NCBI GenBank assembly: GCA_009886115.1
Contig: VFJJ01000081.1
Location: forward strand, 1-50,578
From: Actinomycetota bacterium
Lineage (GTDB): Bacteria > Actinomycetota > Acidimicrobiia > IMCC26256 > VFJJ01
Direction: 5' to 3'
Length of the DNA stretch: 50,578 bases
Of this stretch, positions 17,596-26,703 are shown in pieces. The translations under genes and the position numbers were made by a program. Position 1 is the first letter of the stretch. Every line of letters begins with the position of its first letter. Below the pieces are notes generated by a model. That model was not told where the DNA came from, made no database searches, and saw nothing but the letters and a program-made list of their open reading frames with translations.

Positions 17596-18183
17596 ATGGC
17601 CCAGATCACCGTTCACCGTCCCGACGTGGCCGACGACCGTCCGCAGGCGTCGTCGCTCGCCCGCCGGGTCTCGCTGCCAGCCGGAGCGGTCCTCACGCTC
17701 ATCGAGAACGGCAAGCCCAATGCTCGGGCGCTCATGGTGAAGGTGGCTGAAGGGCTGCGGTCTCGGCTGGGAATCGCGCGTGTAGACATCCATTCCAAGC
17801 CCAGCGCCGCCTCGGCCATCGGCCCTGACGAGGCCAAGGCGATCGCCGCGCGCTCTCATCTCGTCATCACCGGCGTCGGCGATTGAGGCGCCTGCACAGC
17901 GTGCAGTTTGCACGACGCCGTGATGATCGAGTCCCTCGGCACGCCAGCGACGCTGGTGATCACCGAGCCCTTTGCCCCCTTGGCTGCGAGCTTCTCGCGT
18001 ACCCTGGGCCTGGCGGAGGCGTACCACGTCGCTGCCGTCGCCCACCCTGTCTCCACGAAGGACGACGCCGAGCTCGGCGCCCTCGCGGCGACGATCGTCG
18101 ATCTCGTGGCGGCCCAGCTGACCATCGATCCGACCGATCCGACCGACCCGACCAACGACTCGACACGGGGAGCAGAGCAGTGA
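17596..18183 (+). CDS. UGSC-family-like selenoprotein (Sec at TGA 17884-17886, residue 97 of 195)
   Basis: ORFs 17560-17886 and 17908-18183 are in one frame and join across a single TGA, giving ITGVGD-U-GACTACSLHDAV. GAGGAG RBS before ATG 17596; SECIS-like hairpin follows the TGA. Confidence 0.85.
17887..17919 (+). promoter_or_regulatory. Candidate bacterial SECIS element
   Basis: GGCG...CGCC lower stem and CGTGCA-GTT-TGCACG upper stem-loop; loop G lies 20 nt after the UGA. Confidence 0.6.
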
Positions 18184-18740
18184 CCGACGACCTCGAAGCA
18201 CGGATCCGCCGGCTGGAGGACCGCGCCGAGATCAGCCTCCTCGTGGCCGAGTACGGCGTCGCCGTCGACGACCGCGACATGGCGACGCTGGGCGATCTCT
18301 TCACCGACGACGCGGTGTTCAGGCACGCCGACGGGTTCGCCGAGATGCGCGGCCGCGACACCGTCATCGACTTCTACCAGAACCGCTTTCGGCTGTTCGG
18401 GCCGAGCTTTCACTATCCGCACAGCCATGCGATCTGGTTTCCCGAGACGACCGGAGCCGGCGATGCGACGACCGCCACAGGACGGGTCACCGCCCATGCG
18501 GAGCTGGGGACCGAGGGAAAGACCGTCATGGTGGCCTTGCGCTACCACGATCGCTATGTGTGCCAAGGACGCTGGCGTTTCGCAGAGCGGGTGTTGTCGT
18601 TCCTGTACTTCATGGATCTGGCCGAGCTGGCCGCTGGCGGGCTGACGGCCCCGATGCGCAAGATCTGGCCTGGTCCGACGATGGCCACCGACCTGCCCGA
18701 GACGCTGCCGACCTGGCGCTCGTACTACGGGCTGGCGTGA
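18180..18740 (+). CDS. NTF2/SnoaL-like protein
   Basis: LEARIRRLEDRAEISLLVAEYGVAVDDRD ... RYHDRY ... WRFAER; GTGA overlap with the upstream gene. Confidence 0.9.
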   Translation: MTDDLEARIRRLEDRAEISLLVAEYGVAVDDRDMATLGDLFTDDAVFRHADGFAEMRGRDTVIDFYQNRFRLFGPSFHYPHSHAIWFPETTGAGDATTATGRVTAHAELGTEGKTVMVALRYHDRYVCQGRWRFAERVLSFLYFMDLAELAAGGLTAPMRKIWPGPTMATDLPETLPTWRSYYGLA

Positions 18741-18766
18741 GCAACGCCACCGACGAGGAGATCACG

Positions 18767-19474
18767 ATGAGCACCACCATCACTGAGCGGGTCGACGAGC
18801 TGCCTCCGGCCGAGCAGGCGATCGTCACCGAGATCGCGACGGCCTGCCGCATCTTGGCGGCCCACGGCTGCAGCCCCGGGATCGGTGGCCACGTGAGCGT
18901 GCGCGCTCCGGGGCAGGACGCCTTCTTCATCAACTCGTTCCACCTCACGTTCGACGAGATCACCCCGGCCGACGTGATGAAGCTCGGGTTCGACGGCAGC
19001 GCGCGTCACGGTCGCCACCGGGTGAGCCCGGGATGGGAGTTCCACGCCGGGATCTACCAGCAGCGCCGCGACGTCGACGCCGTCGTGCACACGCACGCCT
19101 TCTGGGTGACCGCGTTGTCGTCGCTCAACCGCCCGCTCAAGATGCGGCACAACCTGTGCACGTTCTTCTTCGAGAAGATGGCGGTGAGCCCCGACGACAC
19201 CTTCGAGCAGATCGGCCCGGCGCTGGCCGACGCCAACTCGATCCTCATCCCGTTCCACGGCGCGGTCACCGTCGACCGCTCGCTGGGCAGGGCCGCCGCG
19301 CTCATGCTGAACCTCGAGGACATGGCCCGCCTCGACGTGACCCTCGAGGCGACCCAGGCCCCACCCATGCCTGACGAACGCTGCCCCGCGCTCCGGACTC
19401 TCGTCGACGAGGTGGCCGGTTATCTGGAGCTGACCTGGGAGCTCCACCGCCGCAAGGTGATGCTCCCGTGGTGA
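18767..19474 (+). CDS. Class II aldolase/adducin family protein
   Basis: GHVSVR, HAGIYQQRRDVDAVVHTH, HG motif; GAGGAG RBS. Confidence 0.9.
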   Translation: MSTTITERVDELPPAEQAIVTEIATACRILAAHGCSPGIGGHVSVRAPGQDAFFINSFHLTFDEITPADVMKLGFDGSARHGRHRVSPGWEFHAGIYQQRRDVDAVVHTHAFWVTALSSLNRPLKMRHNLCTFFFEKMAVSPDDTFEQIGPALADANSILIPFHGAVTVDRSLGRAAALMLNLEDMARLDVTLEATQAPPMPDERCPALRTLVDEVAGYLELTWELHRRKVMLPW

Positions 19475-20727
19475 CCCGCGCCGGAGTGGGCCCGGGGCGC
19501 GAGGCCGAGCTGGCCGAGGCTCTCGTGGGTCTGGTCGACGGCGATCGCGACCCCTATCCGGTGTACGCCCTGCTCCGCGACGAGGCCCCGGTGCTGTGGT
19601 GCGACGCGCTCTCGGCCTGGGTGCTGACCCGTTGGGACGACGTCACCCGGGCCTTCGAGGACGCCGAGCACTTCGGGCAGCTCATGGGCACGCCCGGGAC
19701 GTCGTCGATCCACGGGCGGGCGCTCCTGCAGATGACGGGCGACGAGCACCGCCGCAAGTCGGCCATCGTCTCGCGCCGAATTCGCAGTCCCCGCCTGCTC
19801 GAGTCGGCGCTGGCCGAGATGGTCGCTCGCCTGATCGAGCACTTCGGCGGGGCGCTGCCGTTCGCCCCCGAGGTGGCTGACGTGAAGGGCGGGCTGACCA
19901 CGCCCGTTCCGCTGTCGGTCATCGGTGAGCTGATGGACATGCAAGAGGCCGCCCGTTTCGCCCACTGGTACCACGCCATCGTGGCCGCGGGAGTGGCGAA
20001 CGTGCGGGGAGACCCGGACGTCCACGCCCGCGGGCTCGAGGCGCGCCAGGAGCTGTACGACTTCGTCACGCCGATCATCGAGCAGAAGCGGCTCCACCCG
20101 GGTGACGAGTTACTGTCCGATCTCTGCTCGATGGAGTACGAGGGCGAACAGCTTTCCGACGACGAGGTCCGGAGCTTCTGCAGCTTTCTCCTTTCGGCTG
20201 GTATCGAGACGACCGACCGGGCACTCACCAGCCTGTTCAAGCAGCTGGCCCTGGAGCCGGCGTCGTGGCAGCGGGTGCGCGACGATCGATCACTCGTCTC
20301 GTCGGCCTGCGCCGAGATCCTCAGGTTCCGCGCACCGGTGCAGGGAACAGTGCGCGTCGTCGCTCGCGATCTCGAGCTCCGGGGCCGGAAGCTCCGCGCG
20401 GGTGACAAGGTCATCGTGTTGGTCGGAGCGGCGAACCACGATCCCGAGGCGTTCGCCGAGCCCGACTGCTTCGATGTCACCCGGTTCCTGGGCACCGAAC
20501 GGCCGCAGTTCACGCCGATCGGGCCTCTCCGCGCGTTCGGCGCTGGCGCCCACACCTGTACGGGGAGTCTCTTGGCCAAGCTGGAGATGGAGCGAACGCT
20601 CACGTACCTGCTCGACCGCTGCGAGCGCATCGAGCTCGTCGGCCCGGCACCAGCCGACGCCGGGTTCATGCTGCGATCGGCTCCGAGCCTCGAGCTGCGG
20701 CTCCACCCGAGCGCGGCGGTCCGCTGA
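19468..20727 (+). CDS. Cytochrome P450
   Basis: AGIETT I-helix, EILR, FGAGAHTCTG heme motif. Confidence 0.95.
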   Translation: MVTRAGVGPGREAELAEALVGLVDGDRDPYPVYALLRDEAPVLWCDALSAWVLTRWDDVTRAFEDAEHFGQLMGTPGTSSIHGRALLQMTGDEHRRKSAIVSRRIRSPRLLESALAEMVARLIEHFGGALPFAPEVADVKGGLTTPVPLSVIGELMDMQEAARFAHWYHAIVAAGVANVRGDPDVHARGLEARQELYDFVTPIIEQKRLHPGDELLSDLCSMEYEGEQLSDDEVRSFCSFLLSAGIETTDRALTSLFKQLALEPASWQRVRDDRSLVSSACAEILRFRAPVQGTVRVVARDLELRGRKLRAGDKVIVLVGAANHDPEAFAEPDCFDVTRFLGTERPQFTPIGPLRAFGAGAHTCTGSLLAKLEMERTLTYLLDRCERIELVGPAPADAGFMLRSAPSLELRLHPSAAVR

Positions 20728-20776
20728 AGACAGCGTTTCGACCTTCGACGAACGACATCACACCAGGAGGGGAGTC

Positions 20777-21613
20777 ATGAGCGGACGCTTGGCAGGAAAG
20801 GTCGCGGCGATCACAGGCGCGGCGAGCGGGTTCGGAGAGGGGGCCGTCAGGCGCTTCGTGGCCGAGGGAGCGAAGGTGGCCATGGGTGACCTGCAAGACG
20901 ACAGGGCCAAGGTGCTCTTCGACGACCTGGGCTCGGCCGTCGCCTACCTCCACTGCGATGTGACCAAGGAGGCCGACGTCGCGGCCCTCGTCGATCTGGC
21001 CGTGAGCCAGTTCGGCCGCCTCGATGTGATGTACAACAACGCCGGGATCGTCGGGGCAGTCGGGCCCATCGACACGACCCCCGCCGCCGAGTGGAGCGCC
21101 ACGCTGGCGGTCCTGCTCGATGGCGTGTTCCACGGCATGAAGCACGCAGCCCGGGTCATGAAGCCTCAGCAGTCCGGGTCGATCATCTCGATGGCGAGCA
21201 CGGCCGGCCTGTTCGGCGGGCTCGGGCCCCACGCCTACGCGTCGGCCAAGCATGCCGTGGTGGGCCTCACGAAGAACGTGGGGGCCGAGCTGTGCAGGTT
21301 CGGCATCCGGGTGAACTGCATCGCCCCGGCCAGCATGGCGACGGCCATGGTGGCCAACGTGATGACGGGCGACCCGACTGCGATCGAAGAGACCAAGCGG
21401 CTCCTGGCCGAGGCGTCGCCCATCCGCAACCGTCCCGGTCTGGTCGAGGACGTCGTGAACGCCGCCCTTTGGCTGGCGAGCGACGAGTCGGGTTACACGA
21501 ACGGGCATTGCCTCACGACCGATGCCGGTATCACCACCGGTTCGACGGCGGCCGACCCGGCCTTCGCCGAGTACGCCCCCATGATTCGCGAGGCCGGCAA
21601 GGTGGGTCTGTAG
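20777..21613 (+). CDS. SDR family oxidoreductase
   Basis: TGAASGFG, NNAG, YASAK; GGAGGGGAG RBS. Confidence 0.93.
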   Translation: MSGRLAGKVAAITGAASGFGEGAVRRFVAEGAKVAMGDLQDDRAKVLFDDLGSAVAYLHCDVTKEADVAALVDLAVSQFGRLDVMYNNAGIVGAVGPIDTTPAAEWSATLAVLLDGVFHGMKHAARVMKPQQSGSIISMASTAGLFGGLGPHAYASAKHAVVGLTKNVGAELCRFGIRVNCIAPASMATAMVANVMTGDPTAIEETKRLLAEASPIRNRPGLVEDVVNAALWLASDESGYTNGHCLTTDAGITTGSTAADPAFAEYAPMIREAGKVGL

Positions 21614-21699
21614 CCCTCACACCGCCGGGTCGCTCCGGCTGGACGTCGCTCGGGCGGGTTCCTCGCGGGGGGCACACCCGCCGGCAGCCTGCCCGAACG

Positions 21700-22497
21700 T
21701 CACACCGTCGTCATGCCGCCGTCGACCGGGAGGATGACACCGGTGACCCATCCCGACTCGTCGGAGGCGAGAAAGAGGGCCGCTTGGGCGATGTCGGCTG
21801 TCGTGCCGAGTCGCCCAAGGGGGAAGCGCACCCGAGCGGCGTCGAGCAACGCTTCGACGTCGACCGGGCCCTCGGTGCCGGTCGCGAATCCACCACGCGC
21901 CTCGTAGGTGGTGCGCACGAGTGGCGTGGGGACCGTCCCGGGACAGATGGCGTTGACCCTGATGCCCCGCGACGCGTAGTCGGCTGCCATCTGACGGGTG
22001 AGGCCGATGACCCCGGCCTTGGCCGCTGCATAGGGTGCGATCCCCGGGACCCCGATGAGCCCGCCCACCGAGGCCTGGTTGACGATCGAGCCCGATCCCT
22101 GAGCCAGCATGGGAACGAGGCTGTACTTGGCCGAGAGCCACACGCCCGTGAGGTTGACGGCGATGACCCGGTTCCAGTCATCGAAGGCCACGTCGCCAGC
22201 CGAGCCCGAGCCGGGGATGCCCGCGTTGGCGTAGAGCACGTCGAGCCGACCGAACGCCGCGACGACGGCGCCGACCATCTCCTCGGCACTCCCTGGATCG
22301 GCGACGTCAGCGGCGACGGCGACGGCCCGGCCACCCGCGGCGGTGATGCGCTCCGTCACCGCTCGGGCACCGTCGAGGTTCATGTCGGCACACCCCACTG
22401 CGGCACCCTCGGCCGCGAAGAGCTCGGCCGAGGCGGCGCCGATCCCCGATCCGGCGCCGGTGATCAGCGCGACCTTGCCAGCGAGTCGTGTGCTCAT
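21700..22497 (-). CDS. SDR family oxidoreductase
   Basis: TGAGSGIG, ANAG, YAAAK. Confidence 0.93.
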   Translation of the reverse strand: MSTRLAGKVALITGAGSGIGAASAELFAAEGAAVGCADMNLDGARAVTERITAAGGRAVAVAADVADPGSAEEMVGAVVAAFGRLDVLYANAGIPGSGSAGDVAFDDWNRVIAVNLTGVWLSAKYSLVPMLAQGSGSIVNQASVGGLIGVPGIAPYAAAKAGVIGLTRQMAADYASRGIRVNAICPGTVPTPLVRTTYEARGGFATGTEGPVDVEALLDAARVRFPLGRLGTTADIAQAALFLASDESGWVTGVILPVDGGMTTV

Positions 22498-22581
22498 GTG
22501 TGCCTGCTCTCTCGGTGCTCCGGAGTCCCGTCCCATGATGCGCGGGTCGAGCGGATGGTGCGACGCCGCGCCAGGACGTGT

Positions 22582-22595
22582 CAAACGATCGTTCG
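22582..22595. promoter_or_regulatory. Putative TetR operator
   Basis: CAAACGATCGTTCG between the divergent SDR and TetR genes. Confidence 0.7.
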
Positions 22596-22612
22596 ATCTC
22601 TGGGTCGACGCA

Positions 22613-22649
22613 TGGTGGAGTGGTGGAGTGGTGGAGTGGTGGAGTGGTG
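22613..22649. repeat. 8-bp tandem repeat (TGGTGGAG)x4 plus TGGTG
   Basis: Read directly from the sequence. Confidence 0.95.
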
Positions 22650-22847
22650 AGGCGATGTTCTCCTCGGCGCGACGCCCGACGTCGACCCGGGAGTCGCGAA
22701 CGACGCGTCGAGCAACCCGCCGTCGAGCTCCGACGTCGTGCGTGCCGGCGCCCACCCTCATGAGGCCGAGGAAGGCACTCGAGATCATCTAGCCTGTCGC
22801 CTTCTCCCGACAGACCCGACACGTTCGGCTGCCCCGACAGGTTCGAC

Positions 22848-23639
22848 ATGGCGACGCGTCCCCGAAAGCGTGTGAGCGACACCACCCCTGTCGCACGACG
22901 AGCACATTCCAGCGCGTCGATCGACGAAACCGACCTCGCCAACGGCGCGGGCCAGCAGCGTCGACGCGAGGAGATCTTCGCGGCCGCAGCCGAGATCTTC
23001 CACAGCAAGGGGTACGACGGCACGTCGATCCAGGACATCGCGTCTGCCGTCGGCTTGCTCAAGGGATCGATCTACTACTACATCGACTCCAAGGAAGATC
23101 TCCTCTTCGGGATCGTTCAGGAGTCGCACGCCGCGGCGCTCGACGCTCTCGCCGACCTTCGGGCCGACAGCGCCCCTCCGCTGGCGAAGGTGGTGGCATT
23201 GGTCCGTCGCCACGTCGAGGTGTTCACCTCGACGCGGATCGAGTCGGCGGTGTTCTTCCGCGAGTTCCGCTCGTTGTCGCCCGAACGCCAGGACATCATC
23301 CGGGAAGAGGGCGGGCTCTACACCGAGTACCTCCGCGAGCTCATCCGTACCGGGCAACGCCGCAAGATGATCGACCCCGCCCTCGATCCGAAGCTCGCGA
23401 CAGAAGGCATCACGGGGATGCTCAACGCCATGTCGTTCTGGTACCACCCCGACGGTGCGGCCACGCCGGTCGAGATCGGCTGGGAGTTCGCCCGAATCGT
23501 CGTGACCGGCCTGGCATCCTCCGCGTACGTCGCCGAGATCGGCGGTCGCGATGCTCTCCTCGACGAGCTCGGCTTCCCGACGCCGGCCCGGAAGCGGGGC
23601 CGCGTGCGGCCGGGGCCGAGCCCATCAAACGGTCGGTAG
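22848..23639 (+). CDS. TetR/AcrR family regulator (KstR2-like)
   Basis: RREEIFAAAAEIFHSKGYDGTSIQDIASAVGLLKGSIYYYIDSKEDLL HTH; C-terminal GMLN..SFWYHPDG. Confidence 0.95.
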   Translation: MATRPRKRVSDTTPVARRAHSSASIDETDLANGAGQQRRREEIFAAAAEIFHSKGYDGTSIQDIASAVGLLKGSIYYYIDSKEDLLFGIVQESHAAALDALADLRADSAPPLAKVVALVRRHVEVFTSTRIESAVFFREFRSLSPERQDIIREEGGLYTEYLRELIRTGQRRKMIDPALDPKLATEGITGMLNAMSFWYHPDGAATPVEIGWEFARIVVTGLASSAYVAEIGGRDALLDELGFPTPARKRGRVRPGPSPSNGR

Positions 23640-23646
23640 ATACACT
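23626..23646 (+). promoter_or_regulatory. Putative operator next to a -10 hexamer upstream of the thiolase
   Basis: CAAACGGTCGGTAG (23626-23639) followed by TACACT (23641-23646). Confidence 0.65.
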
Positions 23647-23709
23647 CGAGGCTCGCCCGCGACCGCCGGGAGCGTCCTCCGCCCCAGCGAGACACAAGGA
23701 GCCGACTCC

Positions 23710-24858
23710 ATGGCCGAGGCCTACATCGTCGACGCCGTTCGCTCTCCGATGGGGAAGTACAAGGGCGGCCTCTCGAGCCTGCATCCGGCCGACCTCGGCG
23801 CCACGGTGTTGCGAGCGATGTTCGGCCGGATCGACGTCGACCCGGGGGCCGTCGACGATGTGATCTGGGGCTGTGTCGGCCAGATCGGCGCCCAAGCGTT
23901 CAATGTCGGCCGCAACACGTGGCTCTCGGCCGGGTTCCCCGACACGGTGCCGGCCGTCACCATCGACCGGCAGTGCGGATCGTCGCAGCAGGCCGTGCAC
24001 TTCGCGGCCCAGGCGATCATGGCCGGCTCGATGGACCTCGTCGTCGCCGGCGGTGTCGAGGTGATGAGCCTGGTTGCTCTGAACAGCCAGGGCGACGTGG
24101 GACCACAGCTCGGGATGCGCTATCCGTTCGACGGCGACCTCTGGAACGAGCGCTTCGGCGACCAGGAGATCCACCAGTTCCGGGGCGGGAACCTCATCGC
24201 CGAGCGGTGGGGTGTCACGGCGCGCGAGATGAACGAGCTGGGCCTGCGCAGCCATGAGCTCGCGGCTCGCGCGTGGGACGAGGGCCGCTTCGATCGCGAG
24301 GTCGTCGCCATCGGTGAATGCCGTACCGACGAGGGGATCCGGCGCGACTCGACCATGGAGCGCCTCGAGAAGCTCAAGCCCTTCGTCGAGGGCGGCGTGC
24401 TCACCGCCGGCATGTCGAGCCAGCTCACCGACGGATCGTCTGCGTTGCTGATCGCTTCCGAGCAGGCGGTGCGTGACCACGGGCTCACACCCCGGGCCCG
24501 CATCCACACCATGTCGGTCGTCGGAAGTGACCCTGTTCTGATCCTCACGGGGCCCATCCCGGCCACCAAGAAGGTCCTCGCTCGAGCCGGCATGGGTGTC
24601 GACGACATCGATCTCTACGAGTGCAACGAGGCCTTCGCCTCGGTGGTGCTGGCTTGGGTCAAGGACTGCGGGGTACCCCTCGAGAAGGTGAACGTGAACG
24701 GCGGGGCAATGGCCCTGGGTCATCCGCTCGGGGCCAGCGGTGCACGCCTCATGACCACGCTGTTGCACGAGCTCGAACGCACGGGTGGTCGCTACGGCTT
24801 GCAGACCATGTGCGAGGGCGGCGGGCTCTCGAACGCCACGATCATCGAACGGGTCTGA
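23710..24858 (+). CDS. Acetyl-CoA C-acyltransferase (thiolase, FadA6-like)
   Basis: MAEAYIVDAVRSP, DRQCGSSQQA, NEAF, GHPLGASG, MCEGGG. Confidence 0.95.
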   Translation: MAEAYIVDAVRSPMGKYKGGLSSLHPADLGATVLRAMFGRIDVDPGAVDDVIWGCVGQIGAQAFNVGRNTWLSAGFPDTVPAVTIDRQCGSSQQAVHFAAQAIMAGSMDLVVAGGVEVMSLVALNSQGDVGPQLGMRYPFDGDLWNERFGDQEIHQFRGGNLIAERWGVTAREMNELGLRSHELAARAWDEGRFDREVVAIGECRTDEGIRRDSTMERLEKLKPFVEGGVLTAGMSSQLTDGSSALLIASEQAVRDHGLTPRARIHTMSVVGSDPVLILTGPIPATKKVLARAGMGVDDIDLYECNEAFASVVLAWVKDCGVPLEKVNVNGGAMALGHPLGASGARLMTTLLHELERTGGRYGLQTMCEGGGLSNATIIERV

Positions 24859-24969
24859 CCCGACGAGCTCGACGGAACCGGTCCGACCGGACGGGTCGGA
24901 ACCGGGACGGCTCAGGTGGCCGGGCGCAGGCTCACCCATCACCCACAATCGGCTTCTTGGAGGAAATCC

Positions 24970-25506
24970 ATGGGTATTCACATCGACCACATCTCGATCC
25001 TGGTGAAGGACCTCGCCACGGCCGAGAAGGACTGGCGGGAGATCCTCGAGGTGCTCTCGCCCGAGCACCTCGAGTCGGTGACTCGAGGCCACGGGGCCGA
25101 CGAGGCCGATGGCACGCCGATGAAATGGGTCACGTTCCAGAACCCCGACCCCACGGGTATCTCGATTCAGCTCTGGGCGGCAGCCGAATCGGGGCACTGG
25201 CCCGACAAGGTGTTGGCCAAGAAGGGCGAGTACGTCCACCACATCGCGTTCTGCTCCGACGATTTCGCGGCCATGGCCCAGCGGGTCAAGGCCGCGGGTC
25301 TGCCGTTGGTGCAGGAGCAGGCGAGCAGCCCCGACACCCAGCCCTGGCTCAAATGGAACTTCATCCCGCCGGCCAAGACCCACGGCCCGCTCCTCGAGCT
25401 GGCGACCCGGTATCTCACCGTCGGCGAGGCCTGGCTACCGCACCCGGCCAACGCCGAGAACGCCCCGCTCGCCGATGAGCTGACCCACCGGTTCGTCAAG
25501 GAATGA
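24970..25506 (+). CDS. VOC family protein (epimerase-like)
   Basis: IDHISILVKDL, GEYVHHIAF, HGPLLEL; GGAGG RBS. Confidence 0.88.
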   Translation: MGIHIDHISILVKDLATAEKDWREILEVLSPEHLESVTRGHGADEADGTPMKWVTFQNPDPTGISIQLWAAAESGHWPDKVLAKKGEYVHHIAFCSDDFAAMAQRVKAAGLPLVQEQASSPDTQPWLKWNFIPPAKTHGPLLELATRYLTVGEAWLPHPANAENAPLADELTHRFVKE

Positions 25507-26555
25507 CGGCGCTGGCGGTCGGCATCACCCTTCCCGTCGAGGACGGGCTCTCGGCTCGCGACCTCGTCGGGCTGATCGTCGAGGCCGAGCGTTGCGGGTA
25601 CGACACGGCCCTGTGCGGAGAGGTCGCGGGTCCCGAGGTCTTCTCGTTGCTGGGGCTGGCGTTGGCTTCGACGACGCGCATCCGGCTCGCGTCGGGGATC
25701 GTCGCTGTGTACACCCGGTCCCCGGCGCTCACCGCCATGGGCTTCGCGACGTTGTCGTCGTGGGCGCCGGGCCGGATCGTCGCCGGTCTCGGATCATCGA
25801 GTCCGATCGTCGTCGGCTCGTGGCACGGGCGGGAGTTCGACGCCCCGTTGGCGACGACCGAGGAGTTCGTGGAGATGTTCCGACGTGCGCTCTCGGGGGA
25901 GAAGCTCGCCACCGACGGTCGCCGCTTGCGTTCCAACGGGTTCCGACTGGCGATCTCCCCGGGCTCGCCGATCCCCGGATCTGCGGCGCCTGTCGTACCC
26001 GTGTGGTTGGCTGCGATCAACCCCGGGATGCTGGCGCTCGCCGGTCGGGTCGCCGACGCCGTCTTTCTCACGTGGTGCCCGCCCGCCGAGGTGGCGTCGA
26101 AGATCGTTTCAGTCGCGGCCGGCGCGTGCTCGGTCGACCGCGCGCCGGATGCGGTCGAGGTCGTCACGTCCTTCTGGGGCTACGCCGGTCCCCGCCCTGA
26201 AGTGGCCCGGGAGCGTCTCCGACGATCGGTGCTGGGATACGCCATGGTTCCGACGCATCGAGCGGCGTTCGCCCACGCATTCCCGGGTCTCGATCAAGCT
26301 GGCGCCGCATGGGATGCGGGTGATCGCACCGGCGCGCTTCGCCATGTCGACGATGGCGTCGTCGACATGTTGTGCGCCATCGGGCCCGAAGCCGTGCGAG
26401 ACCGGGTGCTGGAGTATCGGGAGGCTGGTGTCGATCTTCCGATCGTGCTCGTGACCGGCGCCGAGCCGGGCGACACCGACGGCCCTCGAGCAACGATCAG
26501 GGTGGTTGCCGAGGCCCTCGGCCTCGATGCTGCTCGCTCGGACCATGGTACCTGA
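25503..26555 (+). CDS. LLM class flavin/F420-dependent oxidoreductase
   Basis: AERCGYD, TTRIRLASGI, RSPALTAM, PVWLAAINPGMLALAGRVAD. Confidence 0.9.
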   Translation: MTALAVGITLPVEDGLSARDLVGLIVEAERCGYDTALCGEVAGPEVFSLLGLALASTTRIRLASGIVAVYTRSPALTAMGFATLSSWAPGRIVAGLGSSSPIVVGSWHGREFDAPLATTEEFVEMFRRALSGEKLATDGRRLRSNGFRLAISPGSPIPGSAAPVVPVWLAAINPGMLALAGRVADAVFLTWCPPAEVASKIVSVAAGACSVDRAPDAVEVVTSFWGYAGPRPEVARERLRRSVLGYAMVPTHRAAFAHAFPGLDQAGAAWDAGDRTGALRHVDDGVVDMLCAIGPEAVRDRVLEYREAGVDLPIVLVTGAEPGDTDGPRATIRVVAEALGLDAARSDHGT

Positions 26556-26617
26556 CGGGTTGCTGCGCTCCAGGCTGCCTCCGAGGCGAGACGTGCGGTA
26601 GCGTCCGCTCCAGGTTT

Positions 26618-26637
26618 CACCAAACGATCGTTTGGTG
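26618..26637. promoter_or_regulatory. Perfect 20-bp palindrome, putative consensus TetR operator
   Basis: CACCAAACGATCGTTTGGTG, about 65 bp upstream of ATG 26704. Confidence 0.8.
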
Positions 26638-26703
26638 GACGATGGTGATCGAGGCCTGACACGCGTGTCGGGTGCGGGTGCACACGGCCGTCCGGGAGAG
26701 TCG

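Noticed and set aside
17908..18183. Independent 91-aa gene starting at TTG 17908
   Set aside because: No RBS; better explained as the C-terminal half of the Sec read-through protein.
24878..24905. Intergenic hairpins (here, near 44416-44448 and near 21648-21694) as ncRNAs or riboswitches
   Set aside because: Simple GC-rich stems with no recognisable family features; likely ordinary terminators or stabilisers.
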